The notes below the pieces were generated by a model. That model made no database searches. It had not been told where the DNA came from and saw nothing but the letters and a program-made list of their open reading frames with translations. From Geosiphon pyriformis uo1 (taxonomy: Eukaryota; Fungi; Glomeromycota), in the NCBI GenBank assembly GCA_016748015.1, contig JAAOMT010000269.1, forward strand, positions 91,592 through 155,591: DNA of 64,000 nt, written 5' to 3'. Position 1 is the stretch's first letter; the number at the start of each line of letters is the position of its first letter. Below, piece by piece: positions 1-11,640 of this stretch. The position numbers and the translations under genes are program-made.

Positions 1-1084
1 TGGGTTCAGACATATTATTATTATTATTCACTTTCTCAGCCTCTAATAAGCACAGATTGGCATGATGAAGCTCCTTGAAGCAAACAAATCCCGTTCCTCG
101 CGATCGACCTGTTTCATGGTCCTTGGTCACCAAGCAATAACGCAGCGGACCAAACTTTGAAAACCTGTAAAAACATAAATATGGTACTGGATAGGGTATT
201 GAGAGTTTGCATATAAGGAATAAAATGAATCTTCACCGACAGTTCACTCAATTCTTCTTGAGTTGCTTCAAATGCAAGATTCCGAATGAATAAAGTAGAT
301 CCTTCTGAGGCAGAAGGCAATTTCTTTTTAGGTTTGAGCGGTTTATCGATCACAATTTCTTCTTCTTCTTTTTCATCTTCTTCTTCTTCATCTTCTTCTT
401 CTTCATCTTCTTCTTCTTCATCTTCTTCTTCATAATCATTAAATTCTTGGGAACTCTCACTTTCATTTAATTTCTCTTCGTTTATGGAGTCACTTTCTAA
501 ATTCGAAAAAATATCCTCTGCATCTTTGGGTTCAATTTCTATTTTCTTTGTACGATTATCACCATGCCCCTCCTGCTCAGAATCATCGCTCATTTCTTCC
601 TTCATCTGCATTTCCAACTCCTCTGAATCATCTTCAACATCTGAATATTTCAAATCATCACGGTCACTCTGATCCTTATTATTCAAATTTTTCGACTTGT
701 AATTTGATTTTGGGAGAGCATATGCCATTCTCAGTGTTCTTTGTCCATTAAACTTTACTTTTTTTAGCTCTTTTAAGGCGCGTTCAGCGTCTTGATGCAA
801 CGCAAATCGAACAAACCCATAGCCTTTATTCAATTTACCCAAGTCCTTACCACCCCTCAAGGATTGTTCATCTTTTTCTTTTACGACAAAACAAGATCTT
901 ATCGGGCCCACCGCCGAAAAGAAAGACTCTAGGTCTGCGTCTGTCGCATTATATGGAACAGTGCCAACAAAGAGTGTGTTTGATTTTTGGCTTTATGAAA
1001 ATGGCCAAGTGGAGTTAGTAGATAAGGAAAAGTTGTGACTTGTGAAAAGAAAGGAAACACAAACTTGGATGTGGGGGCCGCCAT
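1..1084 (-). CDS. NOP4: Nucleolar RRM protein Nop4/RBM28, 5' part (exons 1084-1065, 990-241, 164-<1)
   Basis: Spliced translation gives MAAPTSNQKSNTLFVGTVPYNATDADLESFFSAVGPIRSCFVV...GYGFVRF (RRM), a long acidic linker, then GSTLFIRNLAF...FGPLRY...DHETGRSRGTGFVCF (Nop4 RRM3-type). The GT...AG introns restore frame; intron 1 has a CTAAC branch site. Gene runs off the window. Confidence 0.85.
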
Positions 1085-1141
1085 AGTAGTCAATATTGGT
1101 TTCGGTAATATTTTCACAATTTTATAAAATAAAAATTGATT

Positions 1142-1180
1142 CGATGAGATGAGATGATAAATTTAAACTTTTATCTCATC
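1142..1180. promoter_or_regulatory. PAC-like motifs (CGATGAGATGAG and inverted CTCATC) upstream of NOP4
   Basis: GATGAG cores 58-96 nt upstream of the ATG of a ribosome-biogenesis gene; resemble the yeast PAC element. Confidence 0.4.
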
Positions 1181-1648
1181 AGTTAAACTACTGACTGAAT
1201 GTAATATTTTTCCAAGATCACCAAGGTTAACAAAAAAGAGGCTAAAATACATGTAATTTTCGATCATTTGCACTTCATTATAATATTCATGATCTTAAAA
1301 AATAAAGGTTTAAGGATTGCAGCAATATCGGGGAATCTCTTGTCCTAATCCCTGAATTGAACTTCGGGGTAAGCCAGTTTAGTTCAACATTCGGCAATTC
1401 TTGACAGCTAACAACTCCAAAATTCATTGACTAAATAGTATAATATCCATCGTTAATACGAAGACAAGAATTTCTCATTACCCAATTTTTCCTAAAATTC
1501 GGAATCAAAAAAACCATAAGTTAATCGGGAAAGGGTCTTTCTAAAACTGTATTCCTCAGATCCTTTAGCTTGAGTGAAAAACCCGAATTAACCGAGAGTG
1601 AATGAAATAAACAGACAGCAAAACAAAAAATATCATACCAAACATCAT

Positions 1649-2372
1649 TCAATCACGTCCCTCTGAAGCGAATAAAAATATTTACAAGTTAGCACAAAAA
1701 TGAAAATCCCTATCAGCCCTTATATTAAAATAATTTACCATAAAAGCGCTGAAGAAAGCTCTTCCTCTGTTTCCGCCCTATATCCCACTCGTCCTTCTTA
1801 AAATAATGATAGACATGAATTGGCTGTTTCCACAAATTTATCGTTTCCTGATATTCGTTGTGGCCTTTAAGCAATAAGATATCGATAACACCGAGATCAT
1901 CAACATATCGATTACGCTCGAATTCTTGTCGAATTTTCGCACGTACTGCTGAAGTCGGCATGTCTAGACCAAAGTTAGCAACTATTTCTGGAGCCTTTAT
2001 GCACAAGACAATTATTAGTAATAGGAGAAAATATCGGTTTAAATTATGGTCAAAAAGAAAAACATGATAGAAACAAGAAATTTGAACTTAAAAGACCGTT
2101 CTCAAGTATCAAAGCTCCTTAATCTTTCCCGTTTATTGACAATTTGAGTTAAAAATAAAGACTTGTAGAGTTAAACCTCTTGCGTGTACTATTCCTGTAA
2201 ATCCTGAAGGCTTCAACTCCACGTGTTCACTCTCCTTCCTCATAAAACGAATAGATTATAAACTTACAGATTTTTGCCATTGTCGATATAGGTCAAGAAC
2301 TCGTTTTCGAGCTGTAGTTAACGACTCAGACCTGCTGGTGGTGAGAGCAAATTTGGCAGGTTGTGTTGCCAT
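1649..2372 (-). CDS. NDUFA6: NADH:ubiquinone oxidoreductase LYR subunit A6/B14 (exons 2372-2268, 1994-1739, 1662-1649)
   Basis: RVLDLYRQWQKS|APEIV...VRAKIRQEFERNRYVDDLGVIDILLLKGHNEYQETINLWKQPIH...FLQRFY|EGRD*; LYR motif and typical C-terminus; GT-AG introns. Confidence 0.93.
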
Positions 2373-2602
2373 ATTTAGAGAATGACCACACGAAAGAGGA
2401 ATTTTTGAAATTAACTTGTTTTTTTGTTTTTTTTTTGACAAGGATTTTTGTTGACAGTATTATTGCATTATTACTAATCTTTTAAGTCTAATTCAGATTT
2501 TTTATACATACATCACCGAGTCAGCTATTATACTTTATCACCTTTTTAAATATTCAATACTGAGTTAAATAATTTAATCAACAATGGATTTCTGGATTAA
2601 AT

Positions 2603-4298
2603 CTAAACATATTGGGAAAAAACCGAATTGATAACTGGGACCATCAATCCAACCACGGCCAGGATCCAGATATTATTCATAATTGGAATTTTCCCGGAAA
2701 TAGTATTACTGGTCAGAGAAGATTTAATAGACGAATCAGAAGGGTCCTCCGAGTCATCAGTTGATTCAGAGTTCGAATTTATACTTTTAGGACTGGGAAT
2801 GGTAACATTGGCAACAATTAAAGAGGGTACTTTACCACCTTGTTCCAAATAAGGTGTATTATCCCCTAGACATTGTGGAACAGTTTGAATAATTAAACCA
2901 GATTTTTTAGTGGCAACTTTTAAAACAGAAATTGCTGCCGCAACAGTTTGCGGAAATAGATCATGTTCCAATACGATAAATCCAGCTGCCAGTGATGGAA
3001 GTTTATCCAACCATCCTTGAAAGATATCAATTACATGTTGGGCATTAGCAGATTTTTGACCGGGACGCAAGGACCAGTCGTCAGTGTCGAAACCTTCTGT
3101 CCAGACTACGGCTATAAAATGAAATAATATAAAGCGTTTAATTTAAATTGATGATCTTTTTTGTTGAGTAATTGAATTGATTATTATTAAAAACTGAGAA
3201 TATTTCAAATGAAATAAAGCTCAAATATAAAATAATGAACTCACTCCATAATCCCACAGCACGTGTAAGAGCACGAACACGATCATCAGTATCACCAAAA
3301 GGAGGTCTCATATATACAGGTGTTACACCAATGATATCTTTGATAGCCTATCAATTATACAAGAAACATTCGTTAATTAATCACACGCATCAATTAATAG
3401 GAAAAAAGTTTTTTTTTGCGAGCATTCGCGAGAAGAAGCTTAATTTTATACCATACTTTCAAAGTCCATTTCAATTCAGCAACAATTGCCTCGTTAGAAA
3501 GTGAAGTGAGAGCCGGATGGGACCAAGTATGCACCGCAATATTGTGACCTAATTAAATCAATTAAATCATTATTAAAGTTAATTAAAAACTTAATAACAA
3601 ACATCCTCATCCTAATCCTTTATTACTATCACTATTGTTAAATTACCTTTATCGTAGGCGGCTTTCAACGTTTGTGGATAAGAAATGACCCGACTACCAA
3701 CAACAAAAAATGTCGCTTTGAGATTATTACTGTTGAGAGCATTTAACAAAGAGGGTGTTGATTCTGATGGACCATCATCATAAGTCAGACCCCAAACACC
3801 TTTTTTCGGACATTGAAATTTATCATCAGGCCTTAGAATTTTTTGACAAGTCCATGAACCTTGATTAGGAACAATTTTAGTGGGTGGACGACATTGAGCT
3901 TGATTCCAATTAGGGACGCCATTATTCGATAAAGGTAAATTTTTGGGGACATATTGCAGATTCAGTTCTGATAACCAATTTTTTACTATAGGATCATTTA
4001 CATCTGGGCTGGTATCTAATGCAGGGTAAATTAAATCTTTTCCATTCCATGTAATTGTGACACTTGGTGAAGCTGCTGCGACAGCACTTGGAGATAATGA
4101 TTGAGTAGGTGAAGATGAAATAGATGTTGCTGCCTTTAATGGATCATTTGTTTTAACACTATTACCACTACTGCTGCTGCCACCATTATTGTTATTAGTG
4201 TTCTTTGACTGACCAGCAGCCTGAGCTTGAGAACCAATTACATTATTAAAAACACCAACTGTAGCGAAAATCGTTACAATGAGGAAGTAGCATCTCAT
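2603..4298 (-). CDS. Secreted, probably GPI-anchored chitin/polysaccharide deacetylase (CE4, NodB domain); exons 4298-3647, 3548-3457, 3347-3245, 3111-2603
   Basis: Signal peptide, S/T-rich region, all five CE4 motifs (TYDDGP, HTWSH, RPPFGD, DTDDW, LEHD), Ser-rich linker and hydrophobic C-terminus. Confidence 0.92.
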
Positions 4299-4352
4299 AA
4301 TGTAAGAAATAAATAAATAAATGAGAGAATTTTCTATTATATAAGTTATACG

Positions 4353-4373
4353 TATATATATATATATATATAT
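4353..4373. repeat. (TA)n microsatellite
   Basis: Visible dinucleotide run. Confidence 0.9.
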
Positions 4374-5538
4374 ACTATCTTATGATTCAAGATTTAAAAA
4401 GGAAGATTTTGAAAATTGTTTTCTTTTTACGATTAGGTAGAAAAGTTTGATTTTTACTTTTGCGGTAAGTTTCTCTATGTCGGGATGAGTGTTTTCTAAG
4501 AGGGGAAAAGGGAGGGTCTTGAGTTCAAAAGTTTTGAATTTTCGTGAGTTATGTTTTTGACGTTTTTTTTTTCAAAAAAAAAAAGTCAAAATGTTTGAAG
4601 GAGAGAAGGAAGGAAAAGAGGACACTTGACCGGCTCGGTCGAGTTGGAGGAATGAGGGGGAGGAGGAGGAGTAAAACTATAAATAAAGGAAAGGATTTAT
4701 ACACAAAGGAAAGTTTTTCCTTGGGTATTGGGTAAAGGAATGGTTTTTTTTTAATAATAAATATAGAGCAAAGAAAAATGAAGTCTTCCTTGTTTGACGG
4801 AACATTATATATATATTAACTTTCAAAATTACTAGCATATACCCGAGTTGATCGTCAGACTTCCTTACCCGGATAATAAGAACAGATTTCTTTCTATATC
4901 ATTCACTTATCGTTTATTACGGCTAATAATAATTAATTGATTGGTCAATCATTTCTTGAAATAAACGCAAGTAAAATTAAAATTAAGCAATCAATATCAT
5001 CATGATCAACTGCAGATTATCTTGGACAAATAAAACTAGCATTTAACTGAAGAATTAATTTTAGTACCTAAATTTGCTAAATTAAATGTGATCGATCGTT
5101 GTGCTACTATGTGAATAATTGAATACCGATAATGCAAAAAAAATTAATAACACCATAATCACCCCTTAGCTCGTACAAGTTGATTACGTTTTCTGATTTT
5201 TCCAAATATTAACTCAATATTTAGATTAGCTGTGAATAGTTACAAATATTTTGAAAACAAATTTTTACAATATGTACAATTCACATTAAATAAAAATAAA
5301 ATTTAAATTTTTTTGATTTACCAATTATAATTACAAATATTATTTGGTTTAATTAGTTTAATTTTATATTTACAAAATAAGTTAATGATTTAAATATTAA
5401 CAACTATTTTTATTAAAATTTTTTTTCAATTTTAGTTTTTTGTTTTCTTTGTCAATTGTTTGTAAAAATTTTTGGCATTAGTGTTTAAATTATGAAATTG
5501 AATTTTTAAATTTCTAATTTATATATTTTTTATATAAG

Positions 5539-5721
5539 GTAAAAGGGGTATTTTGGCTAATGGAGGTATTGTGGCGAATAAATTATTGTGGCAAGGTTAA
5601 AATAAATTCGCGTGAAAATATGCCATTTTCTCACTTGAAGAAATGGCATCTTTTATAATTTTTATCATCATCCATTACAAATAATATTCATAATATCTCC
5701 ATTCGTCAAATACCTTTTTAC
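5539..5721. mobile_element. MITE/foldback-like element with ~40-bp imperfect terminal inverted repeats
   Basis: GTAAAAGGGGTATTTTGGCTAATGGAGGTATT (5539) versus reverse complement of 5690-5721, GTAAAAAGGTATTTGACGAATGGAGATATT; internal hairpin TGCCATTT...AAATGGCA; no clear TSD. Confidence 0.5.
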
Positions 5722-7429
5722 TCGATATTTTAAAAATCTCGTTTTTAGCATTTTCATTGGTTTTTCAATTTTTTTTAATTATTTAATAAGAATGGATTTT
5801 TTTAATTTAATTTTTAATGCTTAAATTCAAATTAATTAAATTTTACATTTTCACAATTTTATTTTTTCTGAATTTTTATATTTTTTAAATTTAAATATTT
5901 AGAAAAAAAGGTTATTTTGATTTTTGTGCATATTAATTCATTTGGCTATATTTAATATTTTTTTAATTTAATATATTTATAATTTATTCAATATATTTTT
6001 TAGTTTTTTAAATAATAATAACAATAAATAAAATATTTTTTTTTATTCTACTAAAAGCTAAAATATTAAAATTTTGACTAAATAATTTTAATTTTAATTT
6101 ATTCCTTTGTTATTATCTAATTCAAATTATTGTTATTTTATTAAATTATAACTAATTTTTTTTATAAATAATTTTTTGTAATTTTAAATAAATTTATTAA
6201 TAGTAAAAATTTATTTATATAAATTATGTTAAATAGCATTTGATTACACTATTGTTTAAGCAATAAAAAAATATATACATATATTTAAATAAAAATTTTT
6301 TTTGCTTAATTCAAAAATAATATTTTTGTGTAACTTTTTATATTACAATAATCAACTTTTATTTTTTTTATAGTAGCTAATAATATTACAATTTAAAAAG
6401 TTTTTTTAGTTATAAAAACAATTAAACAAAATGTTGTAAAAAACTTTTTTTAAATATTTTTAGTATAAAATAATTTTAACCAAGTTTATAAATTTTTTTT
6501 GTCTTTTGCTAAAATATTTTTTCAATTAAAGTTTTTTTAAAATAATATAATATTATTATTAATTTTGTTTTATTTTTATTAATAATAACAAATAATTTCA
6601 CTTTGACCATAAACAATAAGATTTTTTTTATTAAAATAAATACAGATTAAAAAAAAATTTATCGTTTAATACAGAATTACCAATTAAAATTTAAACCAAA
6701 ATTTATTAAAAAATTGGTTTTAATAATATTAATTAAAAATTAAACTTAAAAATAGCCATTAATATTAATTAAAACAAGTTATTAATATTAATTATTATAT
6801 TTATTATTATGCTTTAAATATTTTAATTTTTTATATTATAAATAATTAATATTAATTTAGAAATATAACAAATATTATAATTAAATTATACAAAATTTTA
6901 ACGTTTATAACAATAATAATTTTAAGCAATAAAATAAATTTTAAATAATTCAAATAAAATTTAATGGTTTAAATTAAAATTGGTTAAATTTACTAAAATA
7001 ATAAATTAACAAATATTTTAATAAAAAAAAGTTTAAAAACATAAAATAATTCTATAAAAAATATAAAAAAAACTTTTTTTTAAAATATATATAATAATAA
7101 ATATAATTTAATTAAAAAAAAATTTCTATTTTTTATTAAAAACTAATTATTTAATTATTAATTATAAGTATATTAATTTATTTAAATTGTTAACTTAAAA
7201 TAAGTAATTATAATTTTTTAATAAAATTAATTTTTTAAAATTTTAAAAATTAGATATTTTATTATTAAGTTTTAATATTTTATAAAAAAATATTTAAAAT
7301 TTATTATAAATTTAATATTTAAATTAAATTTTTAAATTAATTGTAATTTTTTATTTCAATTTAATAAATAAAATTCAATTACTATCTAATATATAGAATT
7401 TAAATTAAATAATTCATACTAAATATAAT

Positions 7430-9340
7430 TTATGCTTTTATTATATATAACTAATTATTTAGACCAAACAAAATATTACTATATATTTATATGAACCACA
7501 ATTTTATTTTTTAAACCAGAAAAAAAAAGATATAAACTACACTTATTAAAACTGATAACCAAAAACTCCATAACTTTTAATAAATAAATCATACTATTTA
7601 AAAATCTATTTATTAATACATATAATAAATTAAGCATTATACTTTTATTTTTAATTAGATTGGTTTTCTCTATATTAACTCTATACTTAGATTTAATAAA
7701 TTAAATTCTTAAATAATATAATTTTATTAGATGTTTTACAACTTTTAAAACAGCTAAAATAGCTCTTTTTCTATTATTAAAAACTATAATAACTTCTAAA
7801 AACCAGTTTTTTAATACAAAATTTTTGCAAACTACAACATATAAATTTACATTTCACAAACACAAAAAAAGAGTTTACAAAACAGCAAAAAAAAATATTA
7901 ATAATCTTTAGTATTTGGAAATTTTAAAAAGTATTTTTTTATAAATATTAATATTCTTAATACAAATAAATACATAATTTGATAATAGATATGTTTTGTT
8001 ATATAATTTTTTTCTAATTATAACCAGTAATCTTTTGTATACAGTTTTTATTAAATAAATATACAGATTAATTAATTTCTTATTAGTAAACTTAAATAAC
8101 AAATATAAATCAAGATATTATACTCTTATAATTAATATTTAATCTATATTTTATAATAGTAAATCAAGAAGTATGTTCTAATTAAAGTTAGCTTTTTATT
8201 AAGCATAACAAATAAATTTATATAAATTATAAATAAAATAACAAATATTGCCAAATACAATTGTGTTTTCAGTCATAATAAAATGTTTATACAAATCATA
8301 TAGCAGAAACAAAAAAAAATAAATGATCTTATTTGTAAACAAATCAATTATATTATTTTTTAGAATTCTTAAATAACTTTTAATTTTTAACTACTTAATT
8401 AAAAAATTCTTGTTTCTTATTAAATTAGCAATATGTTTTTTATTATTATTACTAGTAGAAATTTGAGATATTAATTAATATTGTTACTTATAAAAAAAAA
8501 TAAAAAAAAAATAGGAAAAGCAAATTATAAAAATAGACCAATAAAAGAATAATATTTAATAAGTAAGCATATTTTTAGAAATAAGCATATTTTCAGAAAA
8601 TAACATAGAAAAAAAGTAGAAATATATAAGATCTTATATAACACAAATTATGTATATATAGCAAGAATATTAAAAAAACAGTAGTTAGAAACAAGTAATT
8701 ATCAAATATTTTTCTTATTAAAAAATAGTTCTATAACTTAAAGTGAAATTATATTTATATTAATAAAAATATTTATTCTTATTCAATTTATGTTGTTATT
8801 GCTTGATTAAGAAATATTAATTATTCTATACTATTAATGATCTATGTTCATAAAATTTGATACTTAATTATATTAGATCAATAATTCTTAATTATAGCTA
8901 TTAATAGAATACTAATTTTTTATTTCTTTTATTAATTTTTTATTATTTTTTATTATTTTATTTTTTTTGTTATTTATTAATTAATTAAGAAATTAAGTAT
9001 TAAATAATTAACATTAAGAATAGTCTGGTAAAAAATTCATAAAACAAAGGTAAAAAACTTAAAGATAGTTTATTAAAAAGACATAATTGTCAAATTAAAT
9101 CAGTTATTATACTGGAAAAAAAATTCACAAAAAAAACCATTAATTAAATCTCTGTCTATTATACAAAAGACTCAATCAAAATTTTTAGATCATAAAATCT
9201 TTAAAAATTATTATTATTAATAGCTATTAAATATTAAATTATGAATTTGTTATTTATTTTAACATACCAAATAAATATTTATAACAACATGAACTTATTT
9301 TTGCAATTCCTATTATTAATTAATATATATTATTATTTTA
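7430..9340 (-). mobile_element. Heavily decayed LINE 3' relic (RNase H/zf-RVT region and 3' tail), interrupted by a solo LTR
   Basis: ORF 7908-8102 (NLYIYLIKTVYKRLLVIIRKKLYNK) is homologous to TYFMKALHYRLPVAVRKCVYDK of the 18-kb LINE; degenerate 3' tail near 7430-7490. Confidence 0.7.
8482..9286 (+). mobile_element. Solo LTR, family C (~805 bp)
   Basis: TGTTACTTAT...ATAACA; colinear with the reverse complement of 62760-63570 (e.g. TCTCTGTCTATTATACAAA); flanks ATAT/ACAT form a 4-bp TSD with one transition. Confidence 0.75.
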
Positions 9341-10199
9341 ATTTATCACTTATTATCTTATCAAATTATTCAAATTATTATTTAATTAATAACTCAATTT
9401 GTAAAATACACAAATTATAATAATCAGATCACATAATATCTTGAATTATATAACATTCAAAAATTTGTAGAAATTTGTAAAAATAATTAATAGTTTACCA
9501 AAATACTAAATAACTTATAGAAATAACTTGTAGTTTACCAAAATGTATTATTAGTACAATAAAATAATAGTAAAAAAAAAAGTGCATATTTATAAACTAA
9601 TACTACAACAAATTATATAAAAGAAAAATTTTTTTCTTCGAAAAAATATATTTAAGCTAAAATTATTTTTTACTAGAATTATTTTCCTTAGCATTTATAC
9701 AAATTATTCCAATAAAAATTATATTAAAAACATAAATATTTCACTTAAAATTTTCCAAATTTCAACTAATATTTTGAAATTAATTAGCTATCAATTTTAA
9801 TAATATATTAATAACTCCAAGTCTGAATTGAAAACAATTTTTTTAATAAAAAAATTTTTTCTTTTACATTTTTTTTATTTTATTTTATTTTTTATTATAA
9901 TTATTAAAGTAGTTTACAGATAAGATTCCTATAAAAAAGTTGACTTTTATAACAAGTAACTACACAATTTTAATAAGTTTTTAAATAAATATTTCTTGAA
10001 AAAAAGTTGACTTTTACTACAGAGTAACTATATAAATGACTGATATAAAATAGGCTATTTTACTTATAAGTTCAGTAGTTCAAATTATAAAAGATAATTT
10101 AAAGATAAATTCAGTTATTAAAAATTTACTAGTTTTCAATAATCAAGAATTAATAACAAACCAACAATAACATTTAAGAAAAAAAATTAAAAATTTTTA

Positions 10200-11280
10200 G
10201 TAATATTATCTAACAATTATTATAAAGTTTAAAACAATAATAATAACTTCTAAAATATAAACATTAATAACTGTTTGATTATTTAAATACACAATTATAA
10301 TACAGAAAACAAAAACACACTCCAATATCAAAGCAACAGTTTGTATTTTGGCCAATATAAAGAACAAAATTCTATTCACTTTGATATTAATACTTATATT
10401 TATAACAAAAAAATAAGTAGTAGTTTTATAAGCAATTTTAACAAAATTTATATTCTTTAAAAATCTATTAGTATATATTTTAAATATATTTGACCAAATT
10501 TTAAGCAATTATTTATATATATTAAAAAAATTTCAAATTTTAAAATACTTAAGTCTTGTAAACCTTTAATACAATCAGAATTTATTTTTAAATGTCTATT
10601 TAAATACATAAATTTAGATGCCAAACCAAATCAAAAAGATATAAGCTTTTTTAGATTTAATTTTTCTATTTGTAAAACATTTTTTAATTTATAATACAGT
10701 CTTTTTTATTCAAAAGTCTATTACCAAATACAATACTAAACTGCTTTAAAAAACAAACAAAATCATAATACAAAAACTTTTCTAAAATACTTAATATTAA
10801 AAACTTACTAAGACTACAAAATACATTAAACAAACTATTTATTAAAAACACATTATTGTCAAAAAAAATTTTAATTATTCCAGTCAGAAAATTTTTTATA
10901 AAATTAACATATAATTTAATAGAATATTATAATAAATTTAAAAAAGTCTATCTTATAATCTGTAAATTTAAAAATTTGTAATTAAAAAAATACTTAAAAA
11001 TATTTACAGTATTAAAAAATACAACTATTAAAACCAATTTTGTCTTAATTTGTATTTGTTTAAAAGTCTTTAAATTATACAAAAAAAATGATAAAACACT
11101 TTATTAAAAAAGTTTTATAACAAATTAGTCTTAGATCTAAGTTTTTTTTTAATTATAATATCTTATTTATAATATACATTCTTTAAAATAAAACTAAATT
11201 GCAAATAATAACTAACTATAAACTATAAAATAATTGACACTAAATAGAAAAATTGTTTATTTGTAATTACTTATTGCAGT
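10200..11280 (-). mobile_element. Decayed LINE ORF2 relic (post-RT and RNase H region)
   Basis: ORF 10206-10508 (LAKIQTVALILECVF) is homologous to the RNase H motif LAELQAVALALECVP. Confidence 0.7.
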
Positions 11281-11284
11281 ATAA

Positions 11285-11640
11285 TATTAACAAATTTAAG
11301 ACTGAAATAGAAAAAGCTGGTTTAGTAAGTAATAGTAACATAATGTCTGATCTGACTAATGGCTTAATAGTTGAATTATTGGATAACATAGTTTAGCTTC
11401 TTGGTTTTATTAAATTTTTTGTAGTTAGTTTTAGTAAATATAGATTATGCTTCTTTTTTTCTGGCTTAAATAGTGATATAAGAATTTTTATAGATGTGTA
11501 ATATTGTTTTGTTTAGCCTGAATAGCTAGTCACATATAATAAGTATATAAATTACATTTAGTCTGAATTATTTAATTTGATTCTGTATATTAAGTACTAA
11601 TTGAACTTTACTTATTAAATATATTAATAAAAAAAAATAA
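11285..11640 (+). mobile_element. 5'-truncated LINE 3' end with conserved tail and A-rich end
   Basis: Encodes the ORF2 C-terminus; carries tail CCTGAATAGCTAGTCACAT... followed by an A-rich run. Confidence 0.7.

Noticed and set aside
484-751. Short + strand ORFs over NOP4, and similar antisense ORFs over NDUFA6, the deacetylase and TE ORFs
   Set aside because: Shadows of real genes or TE frames; no independent motifs
929-1117. 62-aa ORF
   Set aside because: Read-through of NOP4 exon 1 into intron 1
5730-7420. Extreme AT tract as centromere or organellar insertion (also 59270-60320)
   Set aside because: No organellar genes or satellite periodicity; neighbouring AT tracts resolve as decayed TEs
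9952-10035. Two ~35-bp direct repeats (AAAAAAGTTGACTTTTA...GTAACTA) resembling a mini-CRISPR
   Set aside because: Only two degenerate units, eukaryotic context, no cas genes; probably part of a decayed TE
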